From an uncultured Microbacteriaceae bacterium (GTDB lineage Bacteria > Actinomycetota > Actinomycetes > Actinomycetales > Microbacteriaceae): DNA of 64,000 nt. Within the stretch, counting starts at the first letter, position 1; each line of letters opens with the position of its first letter. This document shows positions 25,699 through 36,012 of this stretch, piece by piece. The translations under genes were made by a program, and so were the position numbers. The stretch lies in NCBI GenBank assembly GCA_937872445.1, contig CALMSL010000193.1, forward strand, positions 1,605 to 65,604, written 5' to 3'. The notes beneath the pieces were generated by a model. It did no database searches, had not been told where the DNA came from, and saw nothing but the letters and a program-made list of their open reading frames with translations.

Positions 25699-26103
25699 TC
25701 AGCGGGCGTAGGCGCTCGGGATGGCGAGGCGATCTCCCGGGCGGACCACAGAGGATTGCAACTGGTTCAGGCGCACAATATCGGAGATGACATCGCGGGG
25801 GTCCGCACCGGGAGCGACGGACTGGGCGACCTGCCACAGGGACTGGCCCGCCTCCACCGTGACGTACTCGAAGGCACCCGTCGCGGGATCGGTGTTCGCG
25901 GTGGCCATGCCGCCGATCAGGGAAAGCATGAGCGCGAGGCCGATGATGAGCCCCGTCACGAGAACCGTGACGACCGCCCGACCGCGTCGGGTCACACGCA
26001 ATCGCGGCAGCGGACCGTTCTGCGAACGGTTCGACGAACGCTTCAGCGAACCGCTCAGCGAACCGCTCAGCGAGCCTGGTGCATACAACGTTGTTGCCGT
26101 CAT
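25699..26103 (-). CDS. LysM-domain membrane protein (Rv2719c-like, divergent from lexA)
   Basis: 134 aa with one TM (VVTVLVTGLIIGLALMLSLIGG) and a C-terminal LysM (YVTVEAGQSLWQVAQ...VRLNQL...VRPGDRLAIP). AGGAGG RBS. Confidence 0.85.
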   Translation of the reverse strand: MTATTLYAPGSLSGSLSGSLKRSSNRSQNGPLPRLRVTRRGRAVVTVLVTGLIIGLALMLSLIGGMATANTDPATGAFEYVTVEAGQSLWQVAQSVAPGADPRDVISDIVRLNQLQSSVVRPGDRLAIPSAYAR

Positions 26104-26124
26104 GGCGTTCCTCCTGTGAACTTC

Positions 26125-26158
26125 CGTATCCGGCGCTCGGCCGGGAGCGCCGGATACG
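26125..26158. other. Perfect 14-bp stem / 6-nt loop palindrome in the LysM-lexA divergent region
   Basis: CGTATCCGGCGCTC-ggccgg-GAGCGCCGGATACG, 22 nt upstream of the LysM start codon. No upstream gene exists that it could terminate. Confidence 0.6.
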
Positions 26159-26171
26159 AAGCTATGTTCCG
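26157..26171. promoter_or_regulatory. Candidate LexA (SOS) box
   Basis: CGAAGctatGTTCC, compared with the actinobacterial consensus TCGAAC-N4-GTTCGA. It shares CGAAGnnATGTTC with the box upstream of recA. Confidence 0.45.
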
Positions 26172-26378
26172 AATTTATCTTCGAATGATGCGAAAATCAA
26201 GTCCATTTTCGAATTTGGCAGCTCGCATTTTCGCAACACACTCGAAGAGATGTTTGTTTCCTGCGCCATTCGGGGATACAGTTTCGATTGTCAGGAGAAA
26301 CACAATCAGTAGCCACTGACATTCGAGTCAGACGTTCGCGTTCGAGATTCGAAAACCACGAGAGCAGGCGGGAAAGCA

Positions 26379-27056
26379 ATGGACGAGAACGAGCAGACAG
26401 TCGCCAAGCCGGGCACGCGCCGCCGGCGCAGCCTCAGCGACAAGCAACTGGCCATTCTGGAGTTCATCCAGCGCTCCGTATCGACGCTCGGATATCCGCC
26501 GAGCATGCGCGAAATCGGCGACGCCGTCGGCCTCGCATCGCTCTCCAGCGTCACCCACCAGCTCAACCAGCTCGAACTGAGCGGCTACCTTCGCCGCGAC
26601 CCCAACCGCACCCGCGCGCTCGAAGTGCTCATCGAGATCCCGTCGGCGAGCGAATCGAGCGAGTCCACCATTCCCGTCGGCGATGCCGCGATGGTTCCGC
26701 TCGTGGGCCGGATCGCGGCGGGCGTGCCGATCACGGCAGAACAGCAGATCGATGAAGTGTTCCCGCTCCCGAGGCAACTCGTCGGCAAGGGAGACCTGTT
26801 CATGCTCAAAGTGGTCGGCGAGTCCATGATCGACGCCGCCATTTGCGACGGCGACTGGGTGGTCGTGCGTCAGCAGCAGAACGCCGAAAACGGGGAGATC
26901 GTCGCGGCAATGCTGGATGAGGAAGCCACCGTCAAGGTGTTCCAGCGCCGCGACGGCCACACTTGGCTGCTCCCCCGCAACACCTCGTTCGCGCCGATCG
27001 TCGGCGACGACGCCGTGATCCTCGGCAAGGTGGTCGCGGTACTTCGCTCCGTGTGA
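26379..27056 (+). CDS. lexA: LexA repressor
   Basis: 225 aa with an N-terminal wHTH ([27 protein letters not shown]), cleavage-site region GRIAAGVP, and catalytic Ser/Lys motifs VVGESM and ILGKVV. Confidence 0.97.
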   Translation: MDENEQTVAKPGTRRRRSLSDKQLAILEFIQRSVSTLGYPPSMREIGDAVGLASLSSVTHQLNQLELSGYLRRDPNRTRALEVLIEIPSASESSESTIPVGDAAMVPLVGRIAAGVPITAEQQIDEVFPLPRQLVGKGDLFMLKVVGESMIDAAICDGDWVVVRQQQNAENGEIVAAMLDEEATVKVFQRRDGHTWLLPRNTSFAPIVGDDAVILGKVVAVLRSV

Positions 27057-27107
27057 CGTACCACAGTTCGGCTGGGTTTTTCCGGTACGGAAATCGAGAG
27101 CTGGCAG

Positions 27108-28625
27108 CTACGCGCCGACGACCTGGAATTGCTTGAGCGACGCCTCATGCTGGGCGGTCACGAGCGCAACGACCCGGGTTCCCGCTTCCTCATAGGTAGT
27201 CGACAGTATGATCCCCCGGTCGTGCAACGCGGAAATCACTTCGCCGTGGTCATACGGGACGAGGAGCTCAACCCGGATGTCCGGCCGCGGAATCAGGCCG
27301 GAAAGCCGGGCGAGGAGTTCCTCGATCCCCTCTCCGGTGCGCGCCGACACGAACACGGCGCCCGGCTCCAGCCCGCGCAGCGCCAGCCGGGCATTGTCAT
27401 CCACCCGATCGACCTTGTTGAAGGCGACGAGCTCGGGGATGTCCCGTGCGCCGAGATCGCCGATCACATCGCGTACCGTTGCCAATTGCGTTGCCGGGTC
27501 CGGATGGCTCGCGTCCACGACATGCAGGATGACATCCGCCCGCTCCACCTCTTCGAGCGTCGAACGGAACGCCTCCACGAGCTCGTGCGGCAGGTTGCGC
27601 ACGAATCCGACGGTATCGGTGAGCGTATAGGCGCGGCCGTCCGCGGTTTCGGTCCGCCGGACCGCGGTGTCCAGCGTGGCGAACAGGGAGTTCTCGACGA
27701 GCGCGCCGGCCCGGGTGATGCGATTCAGCAGGGACGACTTTCCCGCGTTCGTGTAGCCGGCAATGGCCACGGAGGGTACCTCGTTGCGCCGGCGGTTGGC
27801 TCGCTTCGCGGACCTGGCCGGGCCGAAACCCTTGATTTGCTTGCGCAGCCTCGCCATCCGGGTGTGGATGTGGCGCCGGTCGAGCTCGATTTTCGTCTCG
27901 CCGGGACCGCGTGAACCCATTCCAACGCCCGCACCCACCTGCCCACCGGCCTGGCGGCTCATCGATTCACCCCAACCGCGAAGCCGCGGAAGCAGGTACT
28001 CCAGCTGCGCGAGCTCCACCTGGGCCTTGCCCTCTCGGCTCTTCGCGTGCTGGCTGAAAATGTCCAGGATGACCGCGGTGCGGTCGATGACCTTCACCTT
28101 CACGACGTCCTCGAGCGCTCGGCGCTGGCTCGGCGCAAGTTCCGCATCCGCCACGACCGTGTCCGCGCCGACCGCGGCCACGACATCCCGCAATTCCTCG
28201 GCCTTTCCCTTGCCGAGAAACGTGCTCGGGTCGGGTTGGCTGCGCCGCTGCAGCATACCGTCGAGGACCACGGCGCCGGCAGTTTCGGCGAGAGCCGCGA
28301 GCTCGCGCAGCGAATTTTCCGCCTCGATCAGGTCATCCTGGGCGTAAATGCCGATGAGGACGACATTCTCCAGGCGCAACTGCCGGTATTCGACCTCGGT
28401 GACGTCCGCGAGTTCGGTGGACAGCCCACCAACCCTGCGCAGCGCCTGTCGTTCCTCCCGGTCAAGCTGATCGCCGTCGTGGTCGTCCCGCGCACTCGAC
28501 TCCGGCTGGAGCGCGAGCGCCCGGGAACCGAACAGGGCGTAGTCGCCCGCCCGTGCGTCGGCGGCAGCCAACACGCGGTTGATGGGGTCCGCGGAATCGC
28601 GGTTCGGCGCTTCACGTTCAGTCAT
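27108..28625 (-). CDS. hflX: GTPase HflX
   Basis: The ATG at 28625 (MTEREAPN) lies inside ORF 27108..28682. G1 motif GYTNAGKSSLLN, plus DTVGF and NKVD. Confidence 0.93.
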   Translation of the reverse strand: MTEREAPNRDSADPINRVLAAADARAGDYALFGSRALALQPESSARDDHDGDQLDREERQALRRVGGLSTELADVTEVEYRQLRLENVVLIGIYAQDDLIEAENSLRELAALAETAGAVVLDGMLQRRSQPDPSTFLGKGKAEELRDVVAAVGADTVVADAELAPSQRRALEDVVKVKVIDRTAVILDIFSQHAKSREGKAQVELAQLEYLLPRLRGWGESMSRQAGGQVGAGVGMGSRGPGETKIELDRRHIHTRMARLRKQIKGFGPARSAKRANRRRNEVPSVAIAGYTNAGKSSLLNRITRAGALVENSLFATLDTAVRRTETADGRAYTLTDTVGFVRNLPHELVEAFRSTLEEVERADVILHVVDASHPDPATQLATVRDVIGDLGARDIPELVAFNKVDRVDDNARLALRGLEPGAVFVSARTGEGIEELLARLSGLIPRPDIRVELLVPYDHGEVISALHDRGIILSTTYEEAGTRVVALVTAQHEASLKQFQVVGA

Positions 28626-28655
28626 TGGGTTAACCCTAGCCGTCAGGATTTCGGT

Positions 28656-29276
28656 ATGTTTCTTTCCATGGCCGACGATCACTACTTTTCGTCAACTCCT
28701 GCCAGCACGCTGCAGTTTCGGCCAATCAAGGTCACACTCGCGGGCACCGAAGTGGAGCTTACGACCGCAAACGGAATCTTCTCCCCCGACCGAATCGATG
28801 CGGGCACCCAGGTTCTGCTCGCCCATACGCCCCCACCGCCGCCCGGCGGCCACCTTCTCGATCTGGGATGCGGTTGGGGCCCCATCGCCCTCAGCCTTGC
28901 GATGGAATCCCCTCGTGCCACGGTGTGGGCCGTGGACGTAAACGAACGCGCTCTCGACCTTGTTCGCCGCAACGCCAGGGCTCTCGGCCTGGCCAATGTG
29001 ACCGCCTGCATTCCCGACGACGTTCCCGACGACATCCGGTTCATGACGATCCGGTCGAATCCGCCCATCCGGGTGGGGAAGAACGAACTCCATTTGCTCC
29101 TGGAGCGCTGGATTCCCAGGCTCGAATCCGGTGCCGACGCCTGGCTGGTCGTGCAGCGCAACCTCGGATCCGATTCCCTTCAGCGCTGGCTGGACGGCAC
29201 GCTGCCGGAAGAGTTTGCGGTAACTCGAGCTTCGACGAGCAAGGGCTACCGGGTGTTGCGCGTTCGTCGGCGTTAG
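28656..29276 (+). CDS. Class I SAM-dependent methyltransferase (RsmC/RlmG-like small-domain MTase)
   Basis: 3' part of ORF 28047..29276. The ATG at 28656 follows AGGA. Motif I LLDLGCGWGPIAL and motif IV SNPPI. Confidence 0.85.
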   Translation: MFLSMADDHYFSSTPASTLQFRPIKVTLAGTEVELTTANGIFSPDRIDAGTQVLLAHTPPPPPGGHLLDLGCGWGPIALSLAMESPRATVWAVDVNERALDLVRRNARALGLANVTACIPDDVPDDIRFMTIRSNPPIRVGKNELHLLLERWIPRLESGADAWLVVQRNLGSDSLQRWLDGTLPEEFAVTRASTSKGYRVLRVRRR

Positions 29277-29320
29277 CCGGTGTGCTCCGGTGCGCTGCGT
29301 CGACAGCGGAGCGCTGGGCG

Positions 29321-30196
29321 TCAGTACGACACAACGCCGTCGAAGACGAGCTCCGCGGGTCCGGACAGCGAGACGTGTTCGCCGTCCTCCGCTGGCCACA
29401 TCCGCACTCCGAGCGAGCCGCCGGGCACGTCGACCCGCCAGTGATTCGGCGCCGCCTCCCCCGCCCAGTAGCGCGTAGCGAGGGCTGCGGCTACGGCACC
29501 GGTACCGCAGGAGAGCGTTTCGCCGCTCCCGCGCTCGTGAATTCGCATCCGAATCGCACCGACACCGTCCTTCACGAGCGGATCCCTCGGGACCACAAAT
29601 TCGATGTTCGCCCCGGCCTTCGGTTCCGGCTCCAGGATCGGAATGACCGCGAGATCGGCCGATTCCAGTTCCTCGTCGCTGGAGAGGGCGACGACCACGT
29701 GCGGGTTGCCGACGTCGATGCCCAGGCCTGGGCGGGCGACCTTGAGGTTGCGCGCCCGCACGAGCGGTTCGCCGCCCGCAAGGGACCAGCGGCCCATGTC
29801 GACCTGGAATCCGTTCGCGTTTCGTTGAAGATCGCGCACTCCGCCGCGGGTTCCGATCGGGAGGGTGTCGCCGGTGCCCAGCTCCGCGAGGCCGTTCTCG
29901 AGGAGGAACTTCGCGTACACCCGGATGCCGTTTCCGCACATCTCGGAGACGCTGCCATCCGAGTTGTAGTAGTCCATGAACCATTCGGCGGCATCGTCTT
30001 CCGCCAGCGCCGCCGCGCCGTCCGGCAGGTTCTTCGAACGCACCGCGCGGATGATTCCGTCTGCCCCAATCCCGAAGTTCCGGTCGCACAGCAGGCGAAT
30101 CTGATCCGGTGTCAGATTCACCGTGCCGTCCGGGTCGGCGAACAGCACGAAGTCGTTGCCGGTGCCGTGGCCTTTCGTGAAATGAAGTTCAGGCAT
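29321..30196 (-). CDS. dapF: Diaminopimelate epimerase
   Basis: 291 aa with GHGTGNDFV and the two catalytic Cys motifs MCGNGIR and SCGTGA. Confidence 0.96.
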   Translation of the reverse strand: MPELHFTKGHGTGNDFVLFADPDGTVNLTPDQIRLLCDRNFGIGADGIIRAVRSKNLPDGAAALAEDDAAEWFMDYYNSDGSVSEMCGNGIRVYAKFLLENGLAELGTGDTLPIGTRGGVRDLQRNANGFQVDMGRWSLAGGEPLVRARNLKVARPGLGIDVGNPHVVVALSSDEELESADLAVIPILEPEPKAGANIEFVVPRDPLVKDGVGAIRMRIHERGSGETLSCGTGAVAAALATRYWAGEAAPNHWRVDVPGGSLGVRMWPAEDGEHVSLSGPAELVFDGVVSY

Positions 30197-31115
30197 GGGC
30201 CAATGCTAAGGCAATCGCTTGGGCGACCCGGTCGGGGTCGTCGTGCTCGAGCCACCGAGCGTGGGGATACCTCCGGAACCAGCTCACCTGCCGTCGCGCG
30301 TACCGCCGGGTCAGCGCCGCAGCCTGATCGATCGCCTCCGACTCCGTCAGCTCGCCGTGGATCTGGCCGATCGCCTGGGCGTAGCCGATGGCACGGCGCG
30401 CCGTAATCCCCTCCTCCAGCCCCCGGGGGATCAGGCCGCGGACCTCGTCGAGGAGCCCGCCCTGCCACATGCGGCGGATGCGCTCATCCAGATGCGCGAC
30501 GAGGCGCTCTCTCGGTGCCGACAGGCCGATCACCACCGTCGGCTCACGGAAGGTGCTTTCGTCGGGGAGGCCGGAGCCGAACGGCTTTCCGGTGATCTCG
30601 ATCACCTCGAGCGCGCGGACGATGCGACGCGCATTCTGCGGGCCGATCGCGCGGGCCGCCTCGGGGTCGAGTTCCGTCAGGCGCCGGAATAGCGGCCCCG
30701 GACCCGATTGCGCGAGGTCCTTCTCCAAGTGCCCACGAACGGAGGAGTCCGTGCCGGGGAATTGGAAGTCGAACAGCACGGAGGAAACGTAGAGCCCCGA
30801 TCCGCCGACCAGGATCGGCGTTGCGCCTCGCGCCCTGATGTCGGCGATCGCCTCGCGGGCCTCATCCTGGTAGCCGGCCACGCTCGCCTCCTCGGTCACG
30901 TCGAGGATGTCGAGGAGGTGATGCCGGATACCTCTGCGTTCGCGGACGGAAACTTTTGCCGTTCCGATGTCCATTCCCCGGTAGAGCTGCAGGGCATCCG
31001 CGTTCACGATTTCCGCAGGATGACCCTGCTCCCCCAGCCGCTCGGCCAGCTCGAGGGACAGCGCGCTCTTGCCGGTGCCGGTGGCACCGACGACGGCGAG
31101 GAGCGGAAGGGTCAA
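30189..31115 (-). CDS. miaA: tRNA dimethylallyltransferase
   Basis: Part of ORF 30189..31511 with P-loop GATGTGKS. The start is taken as TTG at 31115, overlapping the miaB stop (TTGA), giving 308 aa. Confidence 0.9.
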   Translation of the reverse strand: MTLPLLAVVGATGTGKSALSLELAERLGEQGHPAEIVNADALQLYRGMDIGTAKVSVRERRGIRHHLLDILDVTEEASVAGYQDEAREAIADIRARGATPILVGGSGLYVSSVLFDFQFPGTDSSVRGHLEKDLAQSGPGPLFRRLTELDPEAARAIGPQNARRIVRALEVIEITGKPFGSGLPDESTFREPTVVIGLSAPRERLVAHLDERIRRMWQGGLLDEVRGLIPRGLEEGITARRAIGYAQAIGQIHGELTESEAIDQAAALTRRYARRQVSWFRRYPHARWLEHDDPDRVAQAIALALAHA

Positions 31116-32644
31116 CGGCGCGAAGGGGAAGGAACTGCCGCCGGCGGCCGCAGGGTCGGCAGGCCGAGCGAGACGGGCGCCTGCCCCGATCCGGCCGACG
31201 CCGGCGTCGGCGTTGAGCAGCTTTCCGCCTGAGCGCGATCCCACGCGTCGCCGGCGCCGGTCCGGCGCACTTCCCGCGGCGAACCGTCCGGCGAATCGGC
31301 GATGAGATGGAACGGCGCGGCGCTCGACACGGTGACGGACACGACATCCCCCGGTCGCGGCGTTTCGCTGCCCGGCGGGAGGTCGAAGTGCACGAGCCGC
31401 CCGTCCCGTGACCGGCCGCTCATTCGGTGGGTGTCGGCGTCTTTGCGCCCCTCGCCGTTGGCGACCAGCACGTCGACTTCCGTGCCGATCAGCCGGGAGT
31501 TCTCCTCCCACGAGATGTGTTCCTGCAGAGCGGTGAGCCGCTCATACCGCTCCTGCACGACCTCCTTCGGCACCTGGTCCGCCATGGTTGCCGCGGGGGT
31601 GCCCTCGCGGATGGAGTACTGGAAGGTGAACGCGGACGCGAATCGGGATTGCTCGACGACTCGGAGGGTGTCCTGGAAGTCCTCTTCGGTCTCCCCGGGG
31701 AATCCGACGATGATGTCGGTCGTGATGGCGGCATCCGGGATCTTTGCGCGGACCCGGTCGAGGATGCCGAGGAATTTCTCCGACCGGTAGCTTCGGCGCA
31801 TGGCGCGCAGCACCCGGTCGGAGCCGGACTGCAACGGCATGTGCAACTGGGGCATCACGGCGGGGGTTTCGGCCATCGCATCGATCACATCGTCGGTGAA
31901 TGCTGCGGGATGCGGGCTCGTGAAGCGGATGCGTTCCAAACCTCTGATCTGCCCCGCAGCGCGCAGAAGTTTTCCGAACGCCTGCCGGTCGCCGAACTCG
32001 ACCCCGTAGGAGTTCACGTTCTGACCCAACAGCGTGACCTCGATGACGCCGTCGTCGACGAGCGCCTGCACTTCGGCGAGGATGTCTCCGGGGCGCCGAT
32101 CCTTCTCTTTGCCCCTCAGCGAGGGGACGATGCAGAACGTGCAGGTGTTGTTGCAGCCGACCGAGATGGATACCCACCCGCTGTAGCTCGACTCGCGGCG
32201 CGTGGGCAGTGTGGACGGGAACACTTCGAGCGACTCGAGAATTTCCAACTGCGCTTCCCCGTTGTGGCGCGCACGTTCCAGAAGCGTCGGCAAGGAGCCC
32301 ATGTTGTGCGTGCCGAAGACGACGTCGACCCAGGGGGCCTTTTCCAGAATGGTCCCTTTGTCTTTCTGGGCGAGACATCCGCCGACGGCGATCTGCATTC
32401 CCTGATGCTCCCGTTTGACGGAGGCGAGCATTCCGAGGGTGCCGTACAGCTTGTTGTCGGCGTTCTCGCGCACCGCGCACGTGTTGATGACGATGATGTC
32501 GGCTTCGGCACCGTCCGCCCGCGCGTATCCGGCCGCTTCCAGGGTGCCGCTGAGCCGTTCAGAGTCGTGCACGTTCATCTGGCACCCGAACGTACGCACC
32601 TCATAGGTGCGCGGTGTCGATGCAGTGAGAGATTCCGAGGTCAT
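31112..32644 (-). CDS. miaB: tRNA (N6-isopentenyl-A37) methylthiotransferase
   Basis: 510 aa with an N-terminal FGCQMN, the radical-SAM motif [11 protein letters not shown] and a TRAM C-terminus. Confidence 0.96.
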   Translation of the reverse strand: MTSESLTASTPRTYEVRTFGCQMNVHDSERLSGTLEAAGYARADGAEADIIVINTCAVRENADNKLYGTLGMLASVKREHQGMQIAVGGCLAQKDKGTILEKAPWVDVVFGTHNMGSLPTLLERARHNGEAQLEILESLEVFPSTLPTRRESSYSGWVSISVGCNNTCTFCIVPSLRGKEKDRRPGDILAEVQALVDDGVIEVTLLGQNVNSYGVEFGDRQAFGKLLRAAGQIRGLERIRFTSPHPAAFTDDVIDAMAETPAVMPQLHMPLQSGSDRVLRAMRRSYRSEKFLGILDRVRAKIPDAAITTDIIVGFPGETEEDFQDTLRVVEQSRFASAFTFQYSIREGTPAATMADQVPKEVVQERYERLTALQEHISWEENSRLIGTEVDVLVANGEGRKDADTHRMSGRSRDGRLVHFDLPPGSETPRPGDVVSVTVSSAAPFHLIADSPDGSPREVRRTGAGDAWDRAQAESCSTPTPASAGSGQAPVSLGLPTLRPPAAVPSPSRR

Positions 32645-32689
32645 GGTGTTCCCAGCCTAAGTCAGCGCGTGTGCGGGACGGGTGTCGGC

Positions 32690-33133
32690 TTACTTCCTGG
32701 TGAGGGTAACCGTGAGTTCTTTCGCCGTCTTGGTGGTGCGCATGACCGCATCGATGGCGGAGGTGCCTGCGTTCCAGGTTCCGACGTACTGGGCCACACC
32801 ATTGGTTTTGTCGAGGTACACCTCCACATGGAGTACGCCGTCCGTGACGGACCAGGTGTCGCCCGGGTAGTCGTAGGCGTTGCTGCCGTAACTGACCGCG
32901 ACGGTTCCGTCGCGGTGCAGCGTCAACGTCGTGACGTCTCCTCCGCTGTCCTTGCCGGACCAGACGGTACCTGCCGGGTCGATCACCCCGCCGATGTATT
33001 TCGTCGTGTCAACTGCCGTGGCGGTCGGGCTGGGGGTCACATCGGGTGCCGGCGCCAGCAGCGTGCACCCGGACAGGGCGATGCTCGCGCCCAGGAGGAG
33101 TGCGGGAAGGAGGACGGGTCGTTGCAGTTTCAC
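32690..33133 (-). CDS. Hypothetical lipoprotein
   Basis: ORF 32690..33160 with lipobox LSGC. The GTG at 33133 has AGGA 8 nt upstream. The GTG at 33160 is an alternative start. Confidence 0.65.
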   Translation of the reverse strand: MKLQRPVLLPALLLGASIALSGCTLLAPAPDVTPSPTATAVDTTKYIGGVIDPAGTVWSGKDSGGDVTTLTLHRDGTVAVSYGSNAYDYPGDTWSVTDGVLHVEVYLDKTNGVAQYVGTWNAGTSAIDAVMRTTKTAKELTVTLTRK

Positions 33134-33199
33134 GCACTCGATCCTAAGGGCTTGCCTCACGGTCTTCCGACTCGTGCGCGCACAGCCCTGCCCGGTGTC

Positions 33200-33823
33200 T
33201 CAGCGAAACCGCACGCCGCTCGGGTGCCGCGGCAGGGCGGCAATCACGGCGGCCCGCACCGTTTCGGAGGAGTAGCCCTTCCGCTGCAGGTATCCGCTCA
33301 GTCGCCGCACGGCGGTGTCGTGATCGAGTCCCCTCAATTGCGCTGCACGTTTTTCGGCCAGGGATTCGGCTCGCGCGACTTCGTCGTCGGCGCTCAACCG
33401 GACCATCGCGTCGTCGATCACGTTCTGGTCGATGTTGCGTCGGCGGAGCAGGGCGACGAGCGCCGCCCTCCCGAGTCCCTTGCGTTCGTGCTGGGTGCGC
33501 ACAATGGTTTCGGCCAGCGCCGCGTCGTCGATGAGTCCTACCCGTTCCAGCCGTTCCAGTTCGGCCTCCACGACGTGGGGTTCGAGCTCCCGGCCCAGCA
33601 GGACCTGACCGAGCTCCCACCGCGACATGCCGCGCCGGGTGAGGGCGTGCATGCTCACGTTCTCGGCGCGCCTCGCCTGCTCGTCATTGCTCAGCGCCGT
33701 GTGCACCGGCGAGCCGCCGGGCGTGTCGCCGGCATCCGCCCCGGGTTCGTGATGCGATGCTTCGGCGGGCGGGGTCACCCCCGGAAGGTAGGTGACCCGC
33801 GCCAGGGTGCCGTCTGAACTCAT
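33200..33823 (-). CDS. recX: RecA regulator RecX
   Basis: 207 aa with three-helix repeats (LTRRGMSRWEL..., LERVGLIDDAAL..., LQRKGYSSE). It lies immediately downstream of recA. Confidence 0.93.
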   Translation of the reverse strand: MSSDGTLARVTYLPGVTPPAEASHHEPGADAGDTPGGSPVHTALSNDEQARRAENVSMHALTRRGMSRWELGQVLLGRELEPHVVEAELERLERVGLIDDAALAETIVRTQHERKGLGRAALVALLRRRNIDQNVIDDAMVRLSADDEVARAESLAEKRAAQLRGLDHDTAVRRLSGYLQRKGYSSETVRAAVIAALPRHPSGVRFR

Positions 33824-33872
33824 GGTCTGTCCGTGTCAGCTGTCGGTATCGGTGACCCGCCCGGTGCCTGCG

Positions 33873-35033
33873 TCATACCGCCTTGCGGCTGGCGAGCTTG
33901 TCCTCGATGGAGTCGACGGTCCCGACTTCGCTCGGAAATTCGCTGTCGGTGCCAGTGTCATCGATCTTTCCGGGCAGGCCCTCCTCAACCACGGCGGCCG
34001 CGAGAGCCGCAGCAGCAGCGTTCGCGGCCTTCGCCTCCGCGCTGATGCCCAGCTTGGTCATGATCTTGCCCTCGATCTCGTTGGCGATCTTCGGGTTGTC
34101 GATCAGGTACTTGCGCGAGTTCTCCTTGCCCTGGCCGAGCTGGTCGCCATCGTAGGTGTACCAGGCGCCCGACTTCTTGACGATCTCGTGCTCGACGCCG
34201 AAGTCGATGAGGCTTCCCTCACGGGAAATTCCGGTGCCGTACAGGATGTCGAACTCGGCCTGCTTGAACGGTGGAGCCATCTTGTTCTTGACAACTTTCA
34301 CGCGAGTGCGGTTGCCCACGGCATCCGTGCCCTCCTTGAGCGTTTCGATGCGGCGGATGTCGAGCCGCACCGAGGCGTAGAACTTGAGCGCCTTTCCTCC
34401 CGACGTGGTCTCCGGGCTCCCGAAGAACACGCCAATCTTCTCGCGCAGTTGGTTGATGAAGATCATCGTGGTTCCGGTCTGGCTGAGCCCACCGGTGAGC
34501 TTGCGCAGCGCCTGCGACATGAGCCGCGCCTGTAGCCCGACGTGCGAGTCACCCATCTCGCCCTCGATCTCCGCACGGGGCACCAGTGCCGCCACGGAGT
34601 CGATGACGATGAGATCGATCGAGCCGCTCCGCACGAGCATGTCGGCAATCTCCAGCGCCTGCTCGCCCGTGTCCGGCTGAGAGACGAGAAGGGCATCGAT
34701 GTCGACGCCCAGGGTTTTCGCGTACTCGGGGTCGAGCGCGTGCTCCGCATCGATGAACGCCGCAATGCCGCCATTCTTCTGCGCATTGGCGATCGCGTGC
34801 AGGGTGAGAGTGGTCTTACCCGACGACTCCGGCCCGTAGATCTCCACGATGCGCCCGCGGGGCAGGCCGCCGATTCCGAGAGCGACATCGAGAGCAATCG
34901 ATCCGGTCGGGATGACCGCGACCGGTGCGCGCTCGTCGCTGCCGAGGCGCATGACGGAGCCTTTGCCGAACTGGCGGTCGATTTGGGCGAGGGCGGTGTC
35001 GAGGGCCTTCTCGCGATCTGCTGGTGATGCCAT
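33873..35033 (-). CDS. recA: Recombinase RecA
   Basis: The ATG at 35033 is preceded by AAGGAG. 386 aa starting [31 protein letters not shown], Walker [10 protein letters not shown], no intein, and an acidic C-terminal extension. Confidence 0.98.
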   Translation of the reverse strand: MASPADREKALDTALAQIDRQFGKGSVMRLGSDERAPVAVIPTGSIALDVALGIGGLPRGRIVEIYGPESSGKTTLTLHAIANAQKNGGIAAFIDAEHALDPEYAKTLGVDIDALLVSQPDTGEQALEIADMLVRSGSIDLIVIDSVAALVPRAEIEGEMGDSHVGLQARLMSQALRKLTGGLSQTGTTMIFINQLREKIGVFFGSPETTSGGKALKFYASVRLDIRRIETLKEGTDAVGNRTRVKVVKNKMAPPFKQAEFDILYGTGISREGSLIDFGVEHEIVKKSGAWYTYDGDQLGQGKENSRKYLIDNPKIANEIEGKIMTKLGISAEAKAANAAAAALAAAVVEEGLPGKIDDTGTDSEFPSEVGTVDSIEDKLASRKAV

Positions 35034-35152
35034 GGGTGGCTCCTTTTGCTCGATATCGGTGTGCCTGTAGGCTGCCGTTCCTCTCACCGCCGATGGTGCA
35101 GGGCAAGTAAGTTCCGCGACAAGGCGTTTGGCTGCATTCGCCAATGAGTCAG

Positions 35153-35175
35153 ACAGTACGCCGTGCCGGTGACAT
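35153..35175 (-). promoter_or_regulatory. RecA-NDp / PafBC-type promoter motif candidate upstream of recA
   Basis: The minus strand reads aTGTCAccg-gcacggcg-TACTGT, against the consensus tTGTCRgtg-N8-TAnnnT. It lies ~120 nt upstream of the recA ATG. Confidence 0.45.
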
Positions 35176-35245
35176 TTCTCGGCACCGACGTGCGAACTGT
35201 GCACAACCCGTTTTCGATTGCTGCTGTGTAGGAGCCTACACACCT

Positions 35246-35261
35246 GCGAAGAAATGTTCGA
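35246..35261. promoter_or_regulatory. Candidate LexA (SOS) box upstream of recA
   Basis: The plus strand reads gCGAAGaaatGTTCGA (minus strand TCGAACatttCTTCGc). On the minus strand TCGAAC sits 17 nt upstream of a TAGGCT (TAnnnT) -10-like hexamer. Confidence 0.6.
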
Positions 35262-35279
35262 TAGATCGCCTCCGGCGTG

Positions 35280-35501
35280 TCACCGGGGTTCGCGCAGCCC
35301 CACCCCGTGCCGCCGGCTCTCCGGGACGTCGCACGCGCGGCACAGCGCGAGCCACACCGACCGCACGGGAACGCCAGCGGCGATGGCCTGCTCCGCACTC
35401 CGGTCGTCGAATTCTCCGAGCACGAGATCCCGCGTGAGGGCATGGCCGAAGGATTCGCCGAACTCGTCGCTCACGGCGCGCCGGAACTCACTCAGCCGCA
35501 C
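35280..35501 (-). CDS. DUF3046 domain protein
   Basis: 73 aa with a GTG start preceded by GGGGGAG. The protein starts MRLSEFRRAVSDEFG. This small gene is conserved upstream of recA in actinobacteria. Confidence 0.85.
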   Translation of the reverse strand: MRLSEFRRAVSDEFGESFGHALTRDLVLGEFDDRSAEQAIAAGVPVRSVWLALCRACDVPESRRHGVGLREPR

Positions 35502-35543
35502 GGTGAACGCTCCCCCACATCGCAGGGCAACCGGACTCTGGAA

Positions 35544-35852
35544 TCAGCGAACGACCAGGTCGGCGTCGAAATCCGCGACGAGGTCATCCGGGACCGTGTC
35601 GGGAATGATGTTGATGCCTTCGATCACGGCAAGGCGGTCGCCCACTTCGCGCATGATGACGGAGATGGGAGTTTCCAGAGCGTCAGCCACGGACGCGAGG
35701 ATTTCGGAACTCGCCTCCTTCTGGCCGCGCTCGACCTCGGAGAGGTAACCGAGCGCCACGGAGGCCTTGCTGGCGACCTGACGAAGGGTGCGCCCCTTTT
35801 GCAGACGGAAATCACGGAGAACGTCTCCGATTTCCTGACGAACTAGAACCAT
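35544..35852 (-). CDS. clgR: XRE-family HTH regulator ClgR
   Basis: 102 aa with HTH GRTLRQVASKASVALGYLSEVERGQKE and a GGAGG RBS. Its position between recA and cinA-pgsA-ftsK matches mycobacterial clgR. Confidence 0.85.
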   Translation of the reverse strand: MVLVRQEIGDVLRDFRLQKGRTLRQVASKASVALGYLSEVERGQKEASSEILASVADALETPISVIMREVGDRLAVIEGINIIPDTVPDDLVADFDADLVVR

Positions 35853-36012
35853 GGGACCCTCCTCATCCAGTCGATATCTACCATTGTCTCAAGCTGTGCC
35901 GTTGCAGTGCCAATCGGCCCCGCTACTGTACAACGTCCTGTGATCAAACTCTAACCAGTGCTTCCTGTGCGGCTACCACGAATCACCAGTTGTAACGAAA
36001 CTGATGCTGGAC

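Noticed and set aside
26288-26310. RecA-NDp-like TTGTCAGGA upstream of lexA
   Set aside because: After the required 8-nt spacer the hexamer is ATCAGT, not TAnnnT. No alternative spacing gives a proper -10.
33873-35033. Possible intein in recA (common in some actinobacteria)
   Set aside because: The 386-aa product is colinear with canonical RecA. The extra length is a C-terminal acidic/Ala-rich tail, not an insertion after the P-loop region.
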